The translations under genes and the position numbers were made by a program. Of a stretch of DNA of 53,794 bases, positions 35,920 through 45,376 are shown piece by piece. Under the pieces are notes generated by a model, which was given only the letters and a program-made list of their open reading frames with translations, did no database searches and was not told where the DNA came from. The stretch's first letter is position 1. The number at the start of each line of letters is the position of its first letter. Origin of the DNA: a virus (lineage: Duplodnaviria; Heunggongvirae; Uroviricota; Caudoviricetes). The stretch spans positions 1 to 53,794 of the IMG/VR virus record IMGVR_UViG_2740892439_000006; one strand, written 5' to 3'.

Positions 35920-37617
35920 GTGAATAAAAACATTCAGCCAGCTCGTGATCGCGAGCGCGAGATTATGAATCGGGCGGCAAGCGTCATGGCTATGACCGTC
36001 GATCCGACCACCGATGCAGCAGGCAACATGATTGCTGACCAGGCAGTAATGATGGAAAACCTGGATAAAGCAATCCAGAAAGTGCCTATGTTTGAAGGCG
36101 TAAATCCAGAGGTCGCTCGTCAGATCACTGGTGGGTGGGCTATGTCTCTGCATGAGTATAAACGTCAACATGGTCATTACCCGGCAAGTGACATCCTGGC
36201 GAACGCACACATGGCTCTTGAACGCCTGATGACTGAATGTGCCAGTGATACCCATGAAGGCACGGGTAAGGCAATGTTTGAGTCTGTCGCGCAATCAATG
36301 CGTAGCTCTGACGGCGTAATGAAAGTTGCTCAATATGCTGCTCTAATTCTGCCTGCCTCTCTGGGCGCTGCTACCAGTGATGCCTGTACTTTTGTTCCTT
36401 GTGATCGTGACGAGTCAAATATTTATGAACTGGTCAACGTAGCAGGCACAAAATTCGGCACCTTCAAACAAGGTGACGAACTGAATATGCAGTCAGCTGG
36501 TGTTTATTCTCAAATGAAGCGCCTGTATACCCTTTCCACTAAAGGGGATGGCAGCACCAAAACCTTCCAGTTCGACATCCAAAATTTTGAGGGACAATCC
36601 TGCCCGCTTCGCGCTGGTTATAACAAACTGCTGATCAACCGCAAACCGTCCAAAGTTGACGACGGCGATGGCAACCTTTATTTCAATGCTAAAGACAGCA
36701 AAGGTAATGCTTTCTCAGCGACTGCCAAAGTTGCCTATGACACTGGTGTCATTGACATTACATTTACCCAGGCTCCGCCAGAAGGTACTGAAATTGCTGT
36801 TCAGGTCGAAATTAACATCGAGCGCAATCCAAGCCTGATTCCGGTGATCAACCAGGCTATGCGTAAGTACGAAGTTCGTCCGTCCCAGTACGTAATTGCT
36901 TCCGAACACACGGTAATGTCCGCATCCGATTTAAGCCGTGAGCACGGCCTTGAATTAGCGGCACTTCAGTTCTCCGCGATGCGTAACTGGATCTCCCATG
37001 AAACCGACATCATGCGTCTGCGCACCCTGGTATTCCATACCGTTTATGGTCGTGAATTTGATGTGGCTCTGCCGGAAGCTCAAAACTATGAGTCCTGGGT
37101 CGGCCTCCTGCGTCACGTAGTAAACGCTCTGTCTCAAGAAATGGCAAATCGTACCCTGACAACGGGTATTCGTGGCGGCTTTGCTGGTGGTGACGCCGCG
37201 AACTTCCTGCGCTCTCTGCCTCCACAGCACTTCCAGATCGCACCAGGTTACGTTCAGTCGCCGTATGTACAGTACATCGGCACCCTGTTTGGCACGATTC
37301 GTATTTACGAAGTGCCGCAACCTGTCTGTGAGCAATTCCAGGCACAGGGATATGACTTCGGGCTGGATGACATCTTCTTCTATGGGCGTGGCGAAGGCAT
37401 CGGTAAAGCCGGTCTGATTGCTGGTGATGCAGTCCCAGCAATCCCTTACGTGCACGAAACCAATCCGTCTCTCGTTAACCGTACCACTCTCTGGGGCAGT
37501 GCCATCAACGAAGTACATCCTCGCAACGGTGAAAACTACTTCACCCGCCTGCGTCTGACTCGTGCCAAAGAAGGTGCTATCGACATGCTGACAGGCAAGG
37601 TTAACGAAAAAAAGTGA
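35920..37617 (+). CDS. large structural protein (putative major head protein)
   Basis: 565 aa; GTG start; position directly upstream of Ig-like and sheath genes. Confidence 0.4.
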   Translation: MNKNIQPARDREREIMNRAASVMAMTVDPTTDAAGNMIADQAVMMENLDKAIQKVPMFEGVNPEVARQITGGWAMSLHEYKRQHGHYPASDILANAHMALERLMTECASDTHEGTGKAMFESVAQSMRSSDGVMKVAQYAALILPASLGAATSDACTFVPCDRDESNIYELVNVAGTKFGTFKQGDELNMQSAGVYSQMKRLYTLSTKGDGSTKTFQFDIQNFEGQSCPLRAGYNKLLINRKPSKVDDGDGNLYFNAKDSKGNAFSATAKVAYDTGVIDITFTQAPPEGTEIAVQVEINIERNPSLIPVINQAMRKYEVRPSQYVIASEHTVMSASDLSREHGLELAALQFSAMRNWISHETDIMRLRTLVFHTVYGREFDVALPEAQNYESWVGLLRHVVNALSQEMANRTLTTGIRGGFAGGDAANFLRSLPPQHFQIAPGYVQSPYVQYIGTLFGTIRIYEVPQPVCEQFQAQGYDFGLDDIFFYGRGEGIGKAGLIAGDAVPAIPYVHETNPSLVNRTTLWGSAINEVHPRNGENYFTRLRLTRAKEGAIDMLTGKVNEKK

Positions 37618-37764
37618 TGGTGGCGAACGTGTCGGTATCACCAACGTCACTTGACGTAGATGAAGGTGAAACTATCGCCGCGAACACTTCAAAGGCACAG
37701 AAAAAAACAAAGCAGAAGTAAGGCAAAAACACGCCCCTGAATAAGGGGCGTTCAGGAGAAAAGA

Positions 37765-38043
37765 ATGGCAAACATTCAAGTAACTATCACGCCATCTGAC
37801 GCAACAGACAAATCTTTCACTGTTGAGTCAGATCACCCTGAAATTGTCCAGGTTGATGGCACTACATGTACCGCTCTTAAGGCCGGGCAGGCAGTGCTGA
37901 CAATCAAAACAAATGACGGCAATAAAACCGCACAGTGCACAGTCACTGTTAGGGAGGCACCTAAAAGCGTAAGCGCCGTCAGTGTTGAACCAACTACGAA
38001 AGAAGTAACCGTAGGCGACAACTTCACGGTAAGCGAATCCTGA
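37765..38043 (+). CDS. bacterial Ig-like (Big_2) domain protein
   Basis: TALKAGQAVLTIKTNDGNKTAQCTVTV typical Big_2 signature. Confidence 0.55.
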   Translation: MANIQVTITPSDATDKSFTVESDHPEIVQVDGTTCTALKAGQAVLTIKTNDGNKTAQCTVTVREAPKSVSAVSVEPTTKEVTVGDNFTVSES

Positions 38044-38110
38044 TCAGAGGCTGCCCATTAACCGTGGGTAGCCTTGCCTCGTTCTCTCGCTTTAGAGGAT
38101 AAGAACCAGC

Positions 38111-39769
38111 ATGAATAAGATTAGTTTTTCGGTAGGGCAGGCAGCTGGCGTTGCTGTAATGTCAGTAAATGCTGACGCTACCCTCACCAATACCAGCGGT
38201 GGCGCATCCGTCTTTGCTGGGCTTGTAATATCGCGTCGTGGCGCACCGGGTAAGGTACTGAAAGTTGACGATACGACTTATCAAAGCGTATTAGGTTCAC
38301 CGATTCACCCTCGCCAGGGCGCGGCATTTGAACCATATCGCCACGTGGAGCGTGCAGTAAAAGGCGGCTCTGGATATGTCGTTCGAGTTTGCGCTAAAGA
38401 CATGAAGGTGCCGGGTATTTCTGTTTCCGTTGTGGGCAAAGCAAAAGCGGCAAAGGCGAGCAAAGAACTTTCCGTTGAACCTACTGAAACCACAGTAAAT
38501 CCAGGTGACACATTAAGCGTTGGTGTTGCTTCAACTGCAACGACTCAATCAGTGTCCTTCACACCCAAAGAGACGCCCCAGATTAAAGGTGAAGAGAAGG
38601 CATTATTCTTCATCAAAGATGGTGATGCATCTCAAAATCGCACGTTATCACTAACTCGCGATGATGAAGAAAGCGAACTCTTTACGCTGACGCTGAAAGA
38701 AAAACAAACCGATGGGTCCATTGAGGTGCTGGAAAGCCACCAAGTGTCTTTCAATCCAGAAGGCACTAACGACATGGGCCAACCAGCATGGATTCCGACA
38801 CTGCTTGAAAGCCAGTCCACTCGCATTGGTGCCGTACTGGCAGATAATGCAGAAGCATCCGCTGCTCAACTCATTTTTGAGGATGTAGCTTTTGAAGGTG
38901 GTACTGATGGAGATCTGTCCGAAATTGACACTGAAGACTATCTGGAAGCATTAAAGGTTCTCGAAGCTTCAGAGGTTAATTACACCGCATTGCTGTCACT
39001 GGGTTGTTATGACGCATCCGCCTTAGCCGCAATCAAAAAGCTGGCTGAAGATGTTCGCGTAGACATGTTCTATGACCTGAAGGGCAACCAGACACCTGAA
39101 AACGCTATTTCAGAAGCGAAAAGCCATAGTTTTGGCGGCTCACATCAACCAAGCCGTTACTACTTCCCGCTCTCCTGCCGAGATACTTTCACTGGAATGA
39201 ATGTCGTCTATGGCATTAGCTGCGACGCATTCGTAGCGAAAGCAAAAGGAGTGGCGCTGGTACCGGATGTTGGTGGTTGGCATTACGCACCGGCAGGTAT
39301 ATCACGCGCGATTATTGATCGACAGAACATTGCCCGAATTCCAAATATCGGTGCAGTTGATCGTGAAGCGTTCGTTCTTGCGCGCATTAATCCAGTTTCA
39401 GTTGCTGCTGACGGGTCCGTTTACATTGACGACTCTTTAACAACTTACAGCAAAAACAACTATCTGCGATTCCAGCATGTGTCTTCCTTGATGAACGCCA
39501 TCGCCAGAGATTTCTATGAAGTAGCTCAGGCGATTAAGCACGAACCGGATGGCATTACCAAAGAAACGCTAATGAAAGCAATGACTGAATTGCTTGACCG
39601 TTACGTTGCAGCCGGTGCGCTGGTTACTCCACGTGACAAGTCCCAGGGTGAAGATCCATATGTTGTTCAGGTTGTCCAAAAGGACATCGATCTGTGGGAA
39701 GTGTCCTGGTCTGTTTGTCCGACCGGTACAGCTCGCCGAATCGTCGGTAAGCCAATTCTGATGCGCTGA
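38111..39769 (+). CDS. contractile tail sheath protein
   Basis: 552 aa; C-terminal GWHYAPAGISRAII and LRFQHVSSLMNAIARDF resemble conserved sheath segments (T4 gp18 WMSPAGYNRG / VRRLFNM). Confidence 0.6.
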   Translation: MNKISFSVGQAAGVAVMSVNADATLTNTSGGASVFAGLVISRRGAPGKVLKVDDTTYQSVLGSPIHPRQGAAFEPYRHVERAVKGGSGYVVRVCAKDMKVPGISVSVVGKAKAAKASKELSVEPTETTVNPGDTLSVGVASTATTQSVSFTPKETPQIKGEEKALFFIKDGDASQNRTLSLTRDDEESELFTLTLKEKQTDGSIEVLESHQVSFNPEGTNDMGQPAWIPTLLESQSTRIGAVLADNAEASAAQLIFEDVAFEGGTDGDLSEIDTEDYLEALKVLEASEVNYTALLSLGCYDASALAAIKKLAEDVRVDMFYDLKGNQTPENAISEAKSHSFGGSHQPSRYYFPLSCRDTFTGMNVVYGISCDAFVAKAKGVALVPDVGGWHYAPAGISRAIIDRQNIARIPNIGAVDREAFVLARINPVSVAADGSVYIDDSLTTYSKNNYLRFQHVSSLMNAIARDFYEVAQAIKHEPDGITKETLMKAMTELLDRYVAAGALVTPRDKSQGEDPYVVQVVQKDIDLWEVSWSVCPTGTARRIVGKPILMR

Positions 39770-39806
39770 TTTATAACCCCCGCTAAATGATGCGGGGGAG
39801 AGAGGT

Positions 39807-40547
39807 TTGAATATGAAAAATTATACTGCTGATCCTTTTATGCGTGCGATTTTCGGTTCTGGCTGCTTTGAAAGCGGTGATAAATCCACGCAGGACAATA
39901 ATGATAACGCCATGCTGGAAAGCGCAGGACAGAAAGGAAAGGACACTCAACCAAAGCCCAAAGACGACATTGAAACCGCGATGATGGAAGCGGTTGAATC
40001 CCGTGCACAAGGTGATATGCGCAGCCTGGCAGCTTCCATGCTTGCTGGTTGGGTTGAAGATGGTGATCCGGAGGCTGACTCATTTGATGCATTAGCAATC
40101 ACTATGGCTGGCCTGGCTGATATCGATGAAGACACCGATTTCACCGATGAGCAAATCGATGCTTATAACGATGCTCTCGCAGCTCTTGCTGATGCAGCTG
40201 TTGCGCTTGGCGCTGATCAGGACGATGTAACCGAAATGATCGACGATGAAGATGACTCAGCTGCCGAACGTGTTTATGACGCTCTTTCCGAAAGCGACAC
40301 CGACATGATGGAAACAGCTATTGCCATTTACACCGTTGCTGGTGGTGATAGCGCAATGCTGGAAGCGGTACGTAAAAAAGTGGTTCGTGATGGCAAGGTT
40401 ACCATCATCCGTAAACGCCCGCGTCCTCGCCGCATGACGTCATTGCAAAAACAGGCGCTGAAAAAAGCACGCCGCAAAGCACATACATCCGTAGCGAATA
40501 TCAACCGCAAAAAATCAATGCGCATTCGCAAAAAACGCGGTTTGTAA
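39807..40547 (+). CDS. acidic protein with highly basic C-terminus
   Basis: 246 aa; D/E-rich body, R/K-rich tail. Confidence 0.4.
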   Translation: MNMKNYTADPFMRAIFGSGCFESGDKSTQDNNDNAMLESAGQKGKDTQPKPKDDIETAMMEAVESRAQGDMRSLAASMLAGWVEDGDPEADSFDALAITMAGLADIDEDTDFTDEQIDAYNDALAALADAAVALGADQDDVTEMIDDEDDSAAERVYDALSESDTDMMETAIAIYTVAGGDSAMLEAVRKKVVRDGKVTIIRKRPRPRRMTSLQKQALKKARRKAHTSVANINRKKSMRIRKKRGL

Positions 40548-40596
40548 GTGACATAGGCCGCCTGCAAAGGTGGCCTCTACCTGGGAGAAATAGCGT

Positions 40597-41187
40597 TTGA
40601 TTTGCGGCGCGATAATGCCTGACGGAATAAGTCCGTTAATGAAGGTTTATATCCTCTCTTCAGAGGATATGGTCGTCGGTTATATCGGTGAAGGATCTAC
40701 CGCAGAACTGTCATCAATGTGGCAATCACCATTTGAAAACCAGTCAGTAGGAGGTTTGCTTGGCGGTATTAGCGCTGCGGCTGGCTCTCTTGCAGATACG
40801 CTTCAGACCGCAACCGGCGTAACAACAAAAACCCTCTTCAACTCAATGCTTGTTTGGGAAGGTCAGCAACCGCCTGAATTTAATCTGGTAATTGATTTCA
40901 TGGCGACAACGAACGCGCAACTTGAAGTGAACGCAGCCATTACAGCATTGCTGAAGATGGAATCGCCGGAACTGAACAATGTAGCGCCATTCGGTCGTCG
41001 CCCGGAGACAGTAACGTTAAACATAGGTAGGAACATAGCCCTTACCGACGTTGTTATCAAAAGCGTGAGTTACCAACTGGACGCCCCGCGCACACCGGAA
41101 GGCTATTTCACTCATAACACGGTAACCCTGCAATGCAGCGGTAACACATCGATCAACCGTAGCAATATCTCATCTGTTTTTGTGTAG
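40597..41187 (+). CDS. tail tube-like protein (tentative)
   Basis: 196 aa track ORF between sheath and tube-like gene; true start uncertain. Confidence 0.35.
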   Translation: MICGAIMPDGISPLMKVYILSSEDMVVGYIGEGSTAELSSMWQSPFENQSVGGLLGGISAAAGSLADTLQTATGVTTKTLFNSMLVWEGQQPPEFNLVIDFMATTNAQLEVNAAITALLKMESPELNNVAPFGRRPETVTLNIGRNIALTDVVIKSVSYQLDAPRTPEGYFTHNTVTLQCSGNTSINRSNISSVFV

Positions 41188-41195
41188 GAGTATTT

Positions 41196-41687
41196 ATGTC
41201 CGGTTTTGCAAATACAAAAGCCGATATGGCCTTTCTAAAATCCCGGTTTAATAAAAACCTGGCTGCAGGCGAAAAACTTATTGGTTCTGAATATTGGATG
41301 ACCATTAAGGGTTACGAACATCTGTCTGTACTAGTTCGTACAGCTCAGTTACCAGAAATGACACGTGAAGATGTGGAGGATTACGCCCCTGGTGGCATGA
41401 AATTCAACCAGCACGGACCATTACGCAACTCTGGTGAATTTCAGGTCACATGCGCGGAAACTATCGAAGGCGCAGTTCTCGCCGCTGTAAAACAGATGGT
41501 ATACGGAAAAGAATATCTGGAAATTACCTTACAGGCGGCGGCTGAATCGAATAGCGGTAACCATAAAGGTCTGATCCGCACATATTTTCATTGCAAAGTG
41601 TATTCCGACGCCGTGGACTTCTCATCCGAAGACGTAACGGCGGTCGTTAAACCTTCCCTGCGCATTGTTTACAACTGGGCGGAATAA
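41196..41687 (+). CDS. tail tube protein (gp19-like)
   Basis: 163 aa; size and position downstream of sheath; GEFQVTCAET segment resembles T4 gp19 region. Confidence 0.45.
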   Translation: MSGFANTKADMAFLKSRFNKNLAAGEKLIGSEYWMTIKGYEHLSVLVRTAQLPEMTREDVEDYAPGGMKFNQHGPLRNSGEFQVTCAETIEGAVLAAVKQMVYGKEYLEITLQAAAESNSGNHKGLIRTYFHCKVYSDAVDFSSEDVTAVVKPSLRIVYNWAE

Positions 41688-41741
41688 TCCCTATCCCGCC
41701 CTTGTGGCGGGAACATCCTTGTTATTGAGTTGTAGGCAACA

Positions 41742-42140
41742 ATGACACCAATTGAATTATTAGAAAGCGTTAAAGAGCGATTTAATCCGCTGCTTGTGCG
41801 TGAAGAAGAAACGTTGAAAGCATTCCTGATCAAAGCTCTGACCACGTATCAGGACAGGGCAGGGGTAGTGAAAACGTTAAAACTTGAAAAAGCTGGTGGT
41901 ACTGCAATCCCGTTGCCAGAAGATTATCTCTCTCTGGTTCATGTTACCGACAACAACGGCTTGTTGGTCTATTCGGATGAATTATCCGGATTTATTGAAT
42001 TAGAGCTAACAGGTTCAGAACGCTGGCCTTTTCGAATGCTGTATCTGGTTAATCTACGCGACAGAGAGCTGGATGAATGGCAAGTGCTCCTGCAATCATT
42101 GGAATGCTGGAGGAATATCTGGAGGCGCTTATCAATGTAA
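41742..42140 (+). CDS. hypothetical protein (possible tail assembly chaperone, frame 0)
   Basis: 132 aa; overlaps next ORF by 64 bp in minus-one frame. Confidence 0.35.
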   Translation: MTPIELLESVKERFNPLLVREEETLKAFLIKALTTYQDRAGVVKTLKLEKAGGTAIPLPEDYLSLVHVTDNNGLLVYSDELSGFIELELTGSERWPFRMLYLVNLRDRELDEWQVLLQSLECWRNIWRRLSM

Positions 42141-42292
42141 GAAATGTCGCCCGGCAGCGTAGAGCGTCCATCGACGGGAAATTTGACTACTCCGATCTGC
42201 CCGATGAAGCCACGCTATATGCCCGCGTGCAGGAGATTGAGGAAAAAATGTCCTCAAACCGGGCCATTATTCCGGGGGCTACCATTTTTTAA
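42077..42292 (+). CDS. hypothetical protein (possible minus-one-frame extension)
   Basis: 71 aa; frame 2 relative to upstream ORF frame 0. Confidence 0.3.
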   Translation: MASAPAIIGMLEEYLEALINVRNVARQRRASIDGKFDYSDLPDEATLYARVQEIEEKMSSNRAIIPGATIF

Positions 42293-42307
42293 CGCTGGAG
42301 GCGCAGA

Positions 42308-43015
42308 GTGAGTATTTTCAGCAGCGTTGGTAGAACGTTGACCACCGCATTGTCATTTAACACGAAATCATTCACCAGCAACCTCATTAGCGACATTCTT
42401 GATAAAGCCATATCAGGCGGCGGGGTAAGCGGGAATTACAGTAGCGATATTGCCTACGGGAAAAATATTGTTGCTGCCGCTATGCGTATCCGTTACGCCC
42501 AGGGGTGGCAGTGGACCGTTGAAGTGGATGGCCTGAACGGCTTCGATATGTTCGTGAAGGATATCACCTACAGCAGTGGAAACATTGAGACAGAAAGCAA
42601 GGTGATCGGCAGCGTAGAATTCAGCAAGCCAACCTATGTTAGCGCCGGACCGGTCACTATGACCGTGAGGGATACCGAAGATGGCAAGATCATGGACTGG
42701 TTCAAAGAGCGTCGTTCTCGTGTAACAAATCCTGATGGAACAATAAACCTTCCTCCTGAATATCTGATGAAAATCCGTGTCTACCGGGTGACTCAGGACG
42801 GCGGAAAAGAACTGGAAGAAGAAATGCGCGTATTTCCTACGCAACTTGGGGAAATCACACGCTCACGTGATCAGGTGTCAGAGTTCTTGTCATACCCAAT
42901 CACTTTCCAGAAATACACATCCGCAGGCTCAGGTGTTTCTGCTTTGGTCAACGGTGCCGCTGGCATGGCTACAAGTGCGTTAAAGGGGGCTGTGAGTGGA
43001 GTGATCAAATTCTGA
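42308..43015 (+). CDS. hypothetical structural protein
   Basis: 235 aa; GTG start. Confidence 0.4.
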   Translation: MSIFSSVGRTLTTALSFNTKSFTSNLISDILDKAISGGGVSGNYSSDIAYGKNIVAAAMRIRYAQGWQWTVEVDGLNGFDMFVKDITYSSGNIETESKVIGSVEFSKPTYVSAGPVTMTVRDTEDGKIMDWFKERRSRVTNPDGTINLPPEYLMKIRVYRVTQDGGKELEEEMRVFPTQLGEITRSRDQVSEFLSYPITFQKYTSAGSGVSALVNGAAGMATSALKGAVSGVIKF

Positions 43016-43029
43016 ATAGCTTTAATTAT

Positions 43030-43400
43030 GTGTGCTGGAGGGTTGCTCATTTCCCGTCAGCACCCACGCCCTCAACGATAGCGGGTAGGGAAGGTAGCGC
43101 AATTTTGAGGGCATTTTTTACATCATCAATTCATCTGTAATGAAGGCATTCTTTACACATTTCAATAATATCAATCAGTTAACACAGTGAATGATAATAA
43201 AAAAGCGCAATAAGAATGCACGATACGCACGATATTGGTTGAGGGCGATTTTTACATAGTCCTTACATATCAATACGTTATATAAAAACACAACTTGCTA
43301 ATAACAAGATACATGCAATTAAGATGTAAAAATTGCCCTCAATTGCCGATCGTTAAGGGCAAATTCTACACCTTGAGAGGGGTGTAAAAATTGCCCTTAA
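43030..43400. repeat. incA-like iteron array downstream of repA
   Basis: Copies of tgagggca(a/t)ttttacatc in both orientations (around 43103, 43238, 43323, 43352, 43381). Confidence 0.6.
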
Positions 43401-44152
43401 GACTGCTGATAGGTAAATTTTATCCTGGTAACTTTGCCGCCTTCCGTCACCTCTGAGAAGACTATTTTCATTTTTGTATTTTTTTCAATCTCTGCTACAG
43501 CCTTCGTTAAAAAACTTCTCTTAAATTCGGCATACCGCTGATAGCTTTTTGGTAACCCATAACGCTCCCGCATCCATTCGACGCCAAGTATGGCAAAGCC
43601 GCTTCCATCATCCTTCCTGTACTGGCATAAGGACTCATAAAGCCGCATAGAATAAGGATTTGTAAGGCGAGATACTTCGGTAAAATTCAGCCTTGTGAAT
43701 CTCTTATCAAGCAGAGTAAAAAACGGCATGAGATATGGATTAAGATGAATAATGTAAGTCCCGCGCCGTGGTGAATAGGCATCCTTAATCATCCAAGGAT
43801 AAGACTCATAACTGTCTTCTGATTCGGTCGATTCATCAGGGTTATATATCGTAACTTTCTTCTCGCTAAGCCCTGAAATGGCCTTACGAATATCCTTGCT
43901 GGCTTCAGCAGAGGGCAAATTATACATCTCTGCATATTCGTTGACCGTCAACTCACAGGCACCTGAACCAAGAACGCCATCCTTAGAAGCATAGCGAAGT
44001 CTTCCCACCACAATAAACAACAGTCGCTTTTGGTCGCGAGTCAGGTGATAAGCAGCCTCCGTGATCTCATTGGCTTGTGCCAAACTACGACTAATAGGTG
44101 TCGCTGACTCAATCAGGCTGACGGCTTTTGCTGTTAATTCCGCTCTGTTCAT
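43397..44152 (-). CDS. repA: iteron-binding replication initiator RepA (Rep_3-like)
   Basis: Gene flanked on both sides by 19-22 bp iterons; start at MNRAELTAK chosen by RBS; family from context and size. Confidence 0.8.
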   Translation of the reverse strand: MNRAELTAKAVSLIESATPISRSLAQANEITEAAYHLTRDQKRLLFIVVGRLRYASKDGVLGSGACELTVNEYAEMYNLPSAEASKDIRKAISGLSEKKVTIYNPDESTESEDSYESYPWMIKDAYSPRRGTYIIHLNPYLMPFFTLLDKRFTRLNFTEVSRLTNPYSMRLYESLCQYRKDDGSGFAILGVEWMRERYGLPKSYQRYAEFKRSFLTKAVAEIEKNTKMKIVFSEVTEGGKVTRIKFTYQQS

Positions 44153-44174
44153 AACCCTGTGTGATCCTTCAAAT

Positions 44175-44293
44175 GGTGAGGGCAATTTTTACATCACTTT
44201 GAGGGCAATTACTACACCTTTTGAGGGCAAATCTTACACCTTTTGAGGGCAAATCTTACACCGATCGTATTTAATTGAGGGCAAATCTTACAC
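44175..44293. repeat. origin iterons (five direct repeats, about 22-bp phasing)
   Basis: tgagggcaa(a/t)tcttacacc at 44177, 44200, 44222, 44244, 44275. Confidence 0.7.
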
Positions 44294-44329
44294 CAGCCTC
44301 CTCTACAGCCCGCGCCACTACTGGCTCCA

Positions 44330-44440
44330 GCGACGCCTAAAAAGGATCTAAAAAGGATTAAAAATGGAAAAAGGTTTATAAAAATACTCTGTGGATATGT
44401 GAGTAGCGTCACTTAAGGTGTAAAAATCACCCTCAATAAT
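44330..44440. other. AT-rich origin flank with DnaA-box-like site and inverted iteron
   Basis: taaaaagga x3; tgtggatat (8/9 to DnaA box) at 44390-44398; inverted iteron at 44417-44436. Confidence 0.4.
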
Positions 44441-44540
44441 CGCTTCTCGACCAGCAAAGATCTTCATTCAATCCCCATCGCAAATCACACACTCCCTATC
44501 CTCTGGAAAATGAACAGATACCTGCTTTTCGGAGGAATAA

Positions 44541-45362
44541 TTGAACATTCCAAAATTCCCATTGCCTTCCCGTCCTGAGACAGAAATTCAGTTCCACGCC
44601 CCTACCGTGAAGGATGCGCTGAAATATTCTGACCTGAACCCGGCAGAAGATGAGGCAACTACTACAGAGTACCTTAACTCTATGCAGGATGGTGAAATTA
44701 ACGACAGTGCTAACTGGACAGTTCAGGATCGCAGAACTGCTCTTTGGTGGATATTTGTTAATTCGCGCCCCGATGCAGTAATGACCTACTCCTATGAGTG
44801 CAGTCACTGCGGTAATACGCATCATGCAGATATTAACCTGAGCGACCTGGCCCAAACAGTAGAAATACTCACTGTACCTCCTTACGTGAAAACCAACGTA
44901 CCAGTAAATGGAGTACCAACTGACTGGATACTTAAACCATTAACCGGGAAAGGCGCGGAACTCCTTGAACGAATGCGAGCGTCACTTCCTGATATGAAAA
45001 GCCCCGAATACAGTGCAGGCGTGGCCCGTATGCGCATTGCAGAACTCGCTTTATGCACGGCACTGGACGACGATCCGGAAGACTTCACTCAAGCAGCTAA
45101 CCGACGCTTCGACATCATTGAAAGCATGGCGCTTGAAACCGAGTTTACACCGCTTGTGGCTCGCATACAGCTTATGCAAAAAGACCTACGCCACGGCCTG
45201 AAAATGTCTATTGAGAGAGGCACAAGCCGACTGATCCTGCCTCCGCAACATTGCAAAAACGCTAAGGAGGGTGCAGATGTGACAACCACACTGTACGTCC
45301 CCTTTCTCAATAGAGAGTTTATCCCATCAATTAGATCTGAATGGATGGCTAACCATTATTAA
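44541..45362 (+). CDS. hypothetical protein
   Basis: 273 aa ORF downstream of origin. Confidence 0.4.
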   Translation: MNIPKFPLPSRPETEIQFHAPTVKDALKYSDLNPAEDEATTTEYLNSMQDGEINDSANWTVQDRRTALWWIFVNSRPDAVMTYSYECSHCGNTHHADINLSDLAQTVEILTVPPYVKTNVPVNGVPTDWILKPLTGKGAELLERMRASLPDMKSPEYSAGVARMRIAELALCTALDDDPEDFTQAANRRFDIIESMALETEFTPLVARIQLMQKDLRHGLKMSIERGTSRLILPPQHCKNAKEGADVTTTLYVPFLNREFIPSIRSEWMANHY

Positions 45363-45376
45363 CAACCTGACTCTAT

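Noticed and set aside
36955-37650. Minus-strand ORFs of 231 and 143 aa inside the 565-aa structural gene
   Set aside because: Antisense to a gene with strong coding character; no RBS; Arg-rich spurious translation
43030-44440. Clustered direct repeats as a possible CRISPR array
   Set aside because: Repeats are about 19-22 bp iterons in both orientations with near-zero spacers, flanking a rep gene; no CRISPR-length repeat/spacer periodicity and no cas genes
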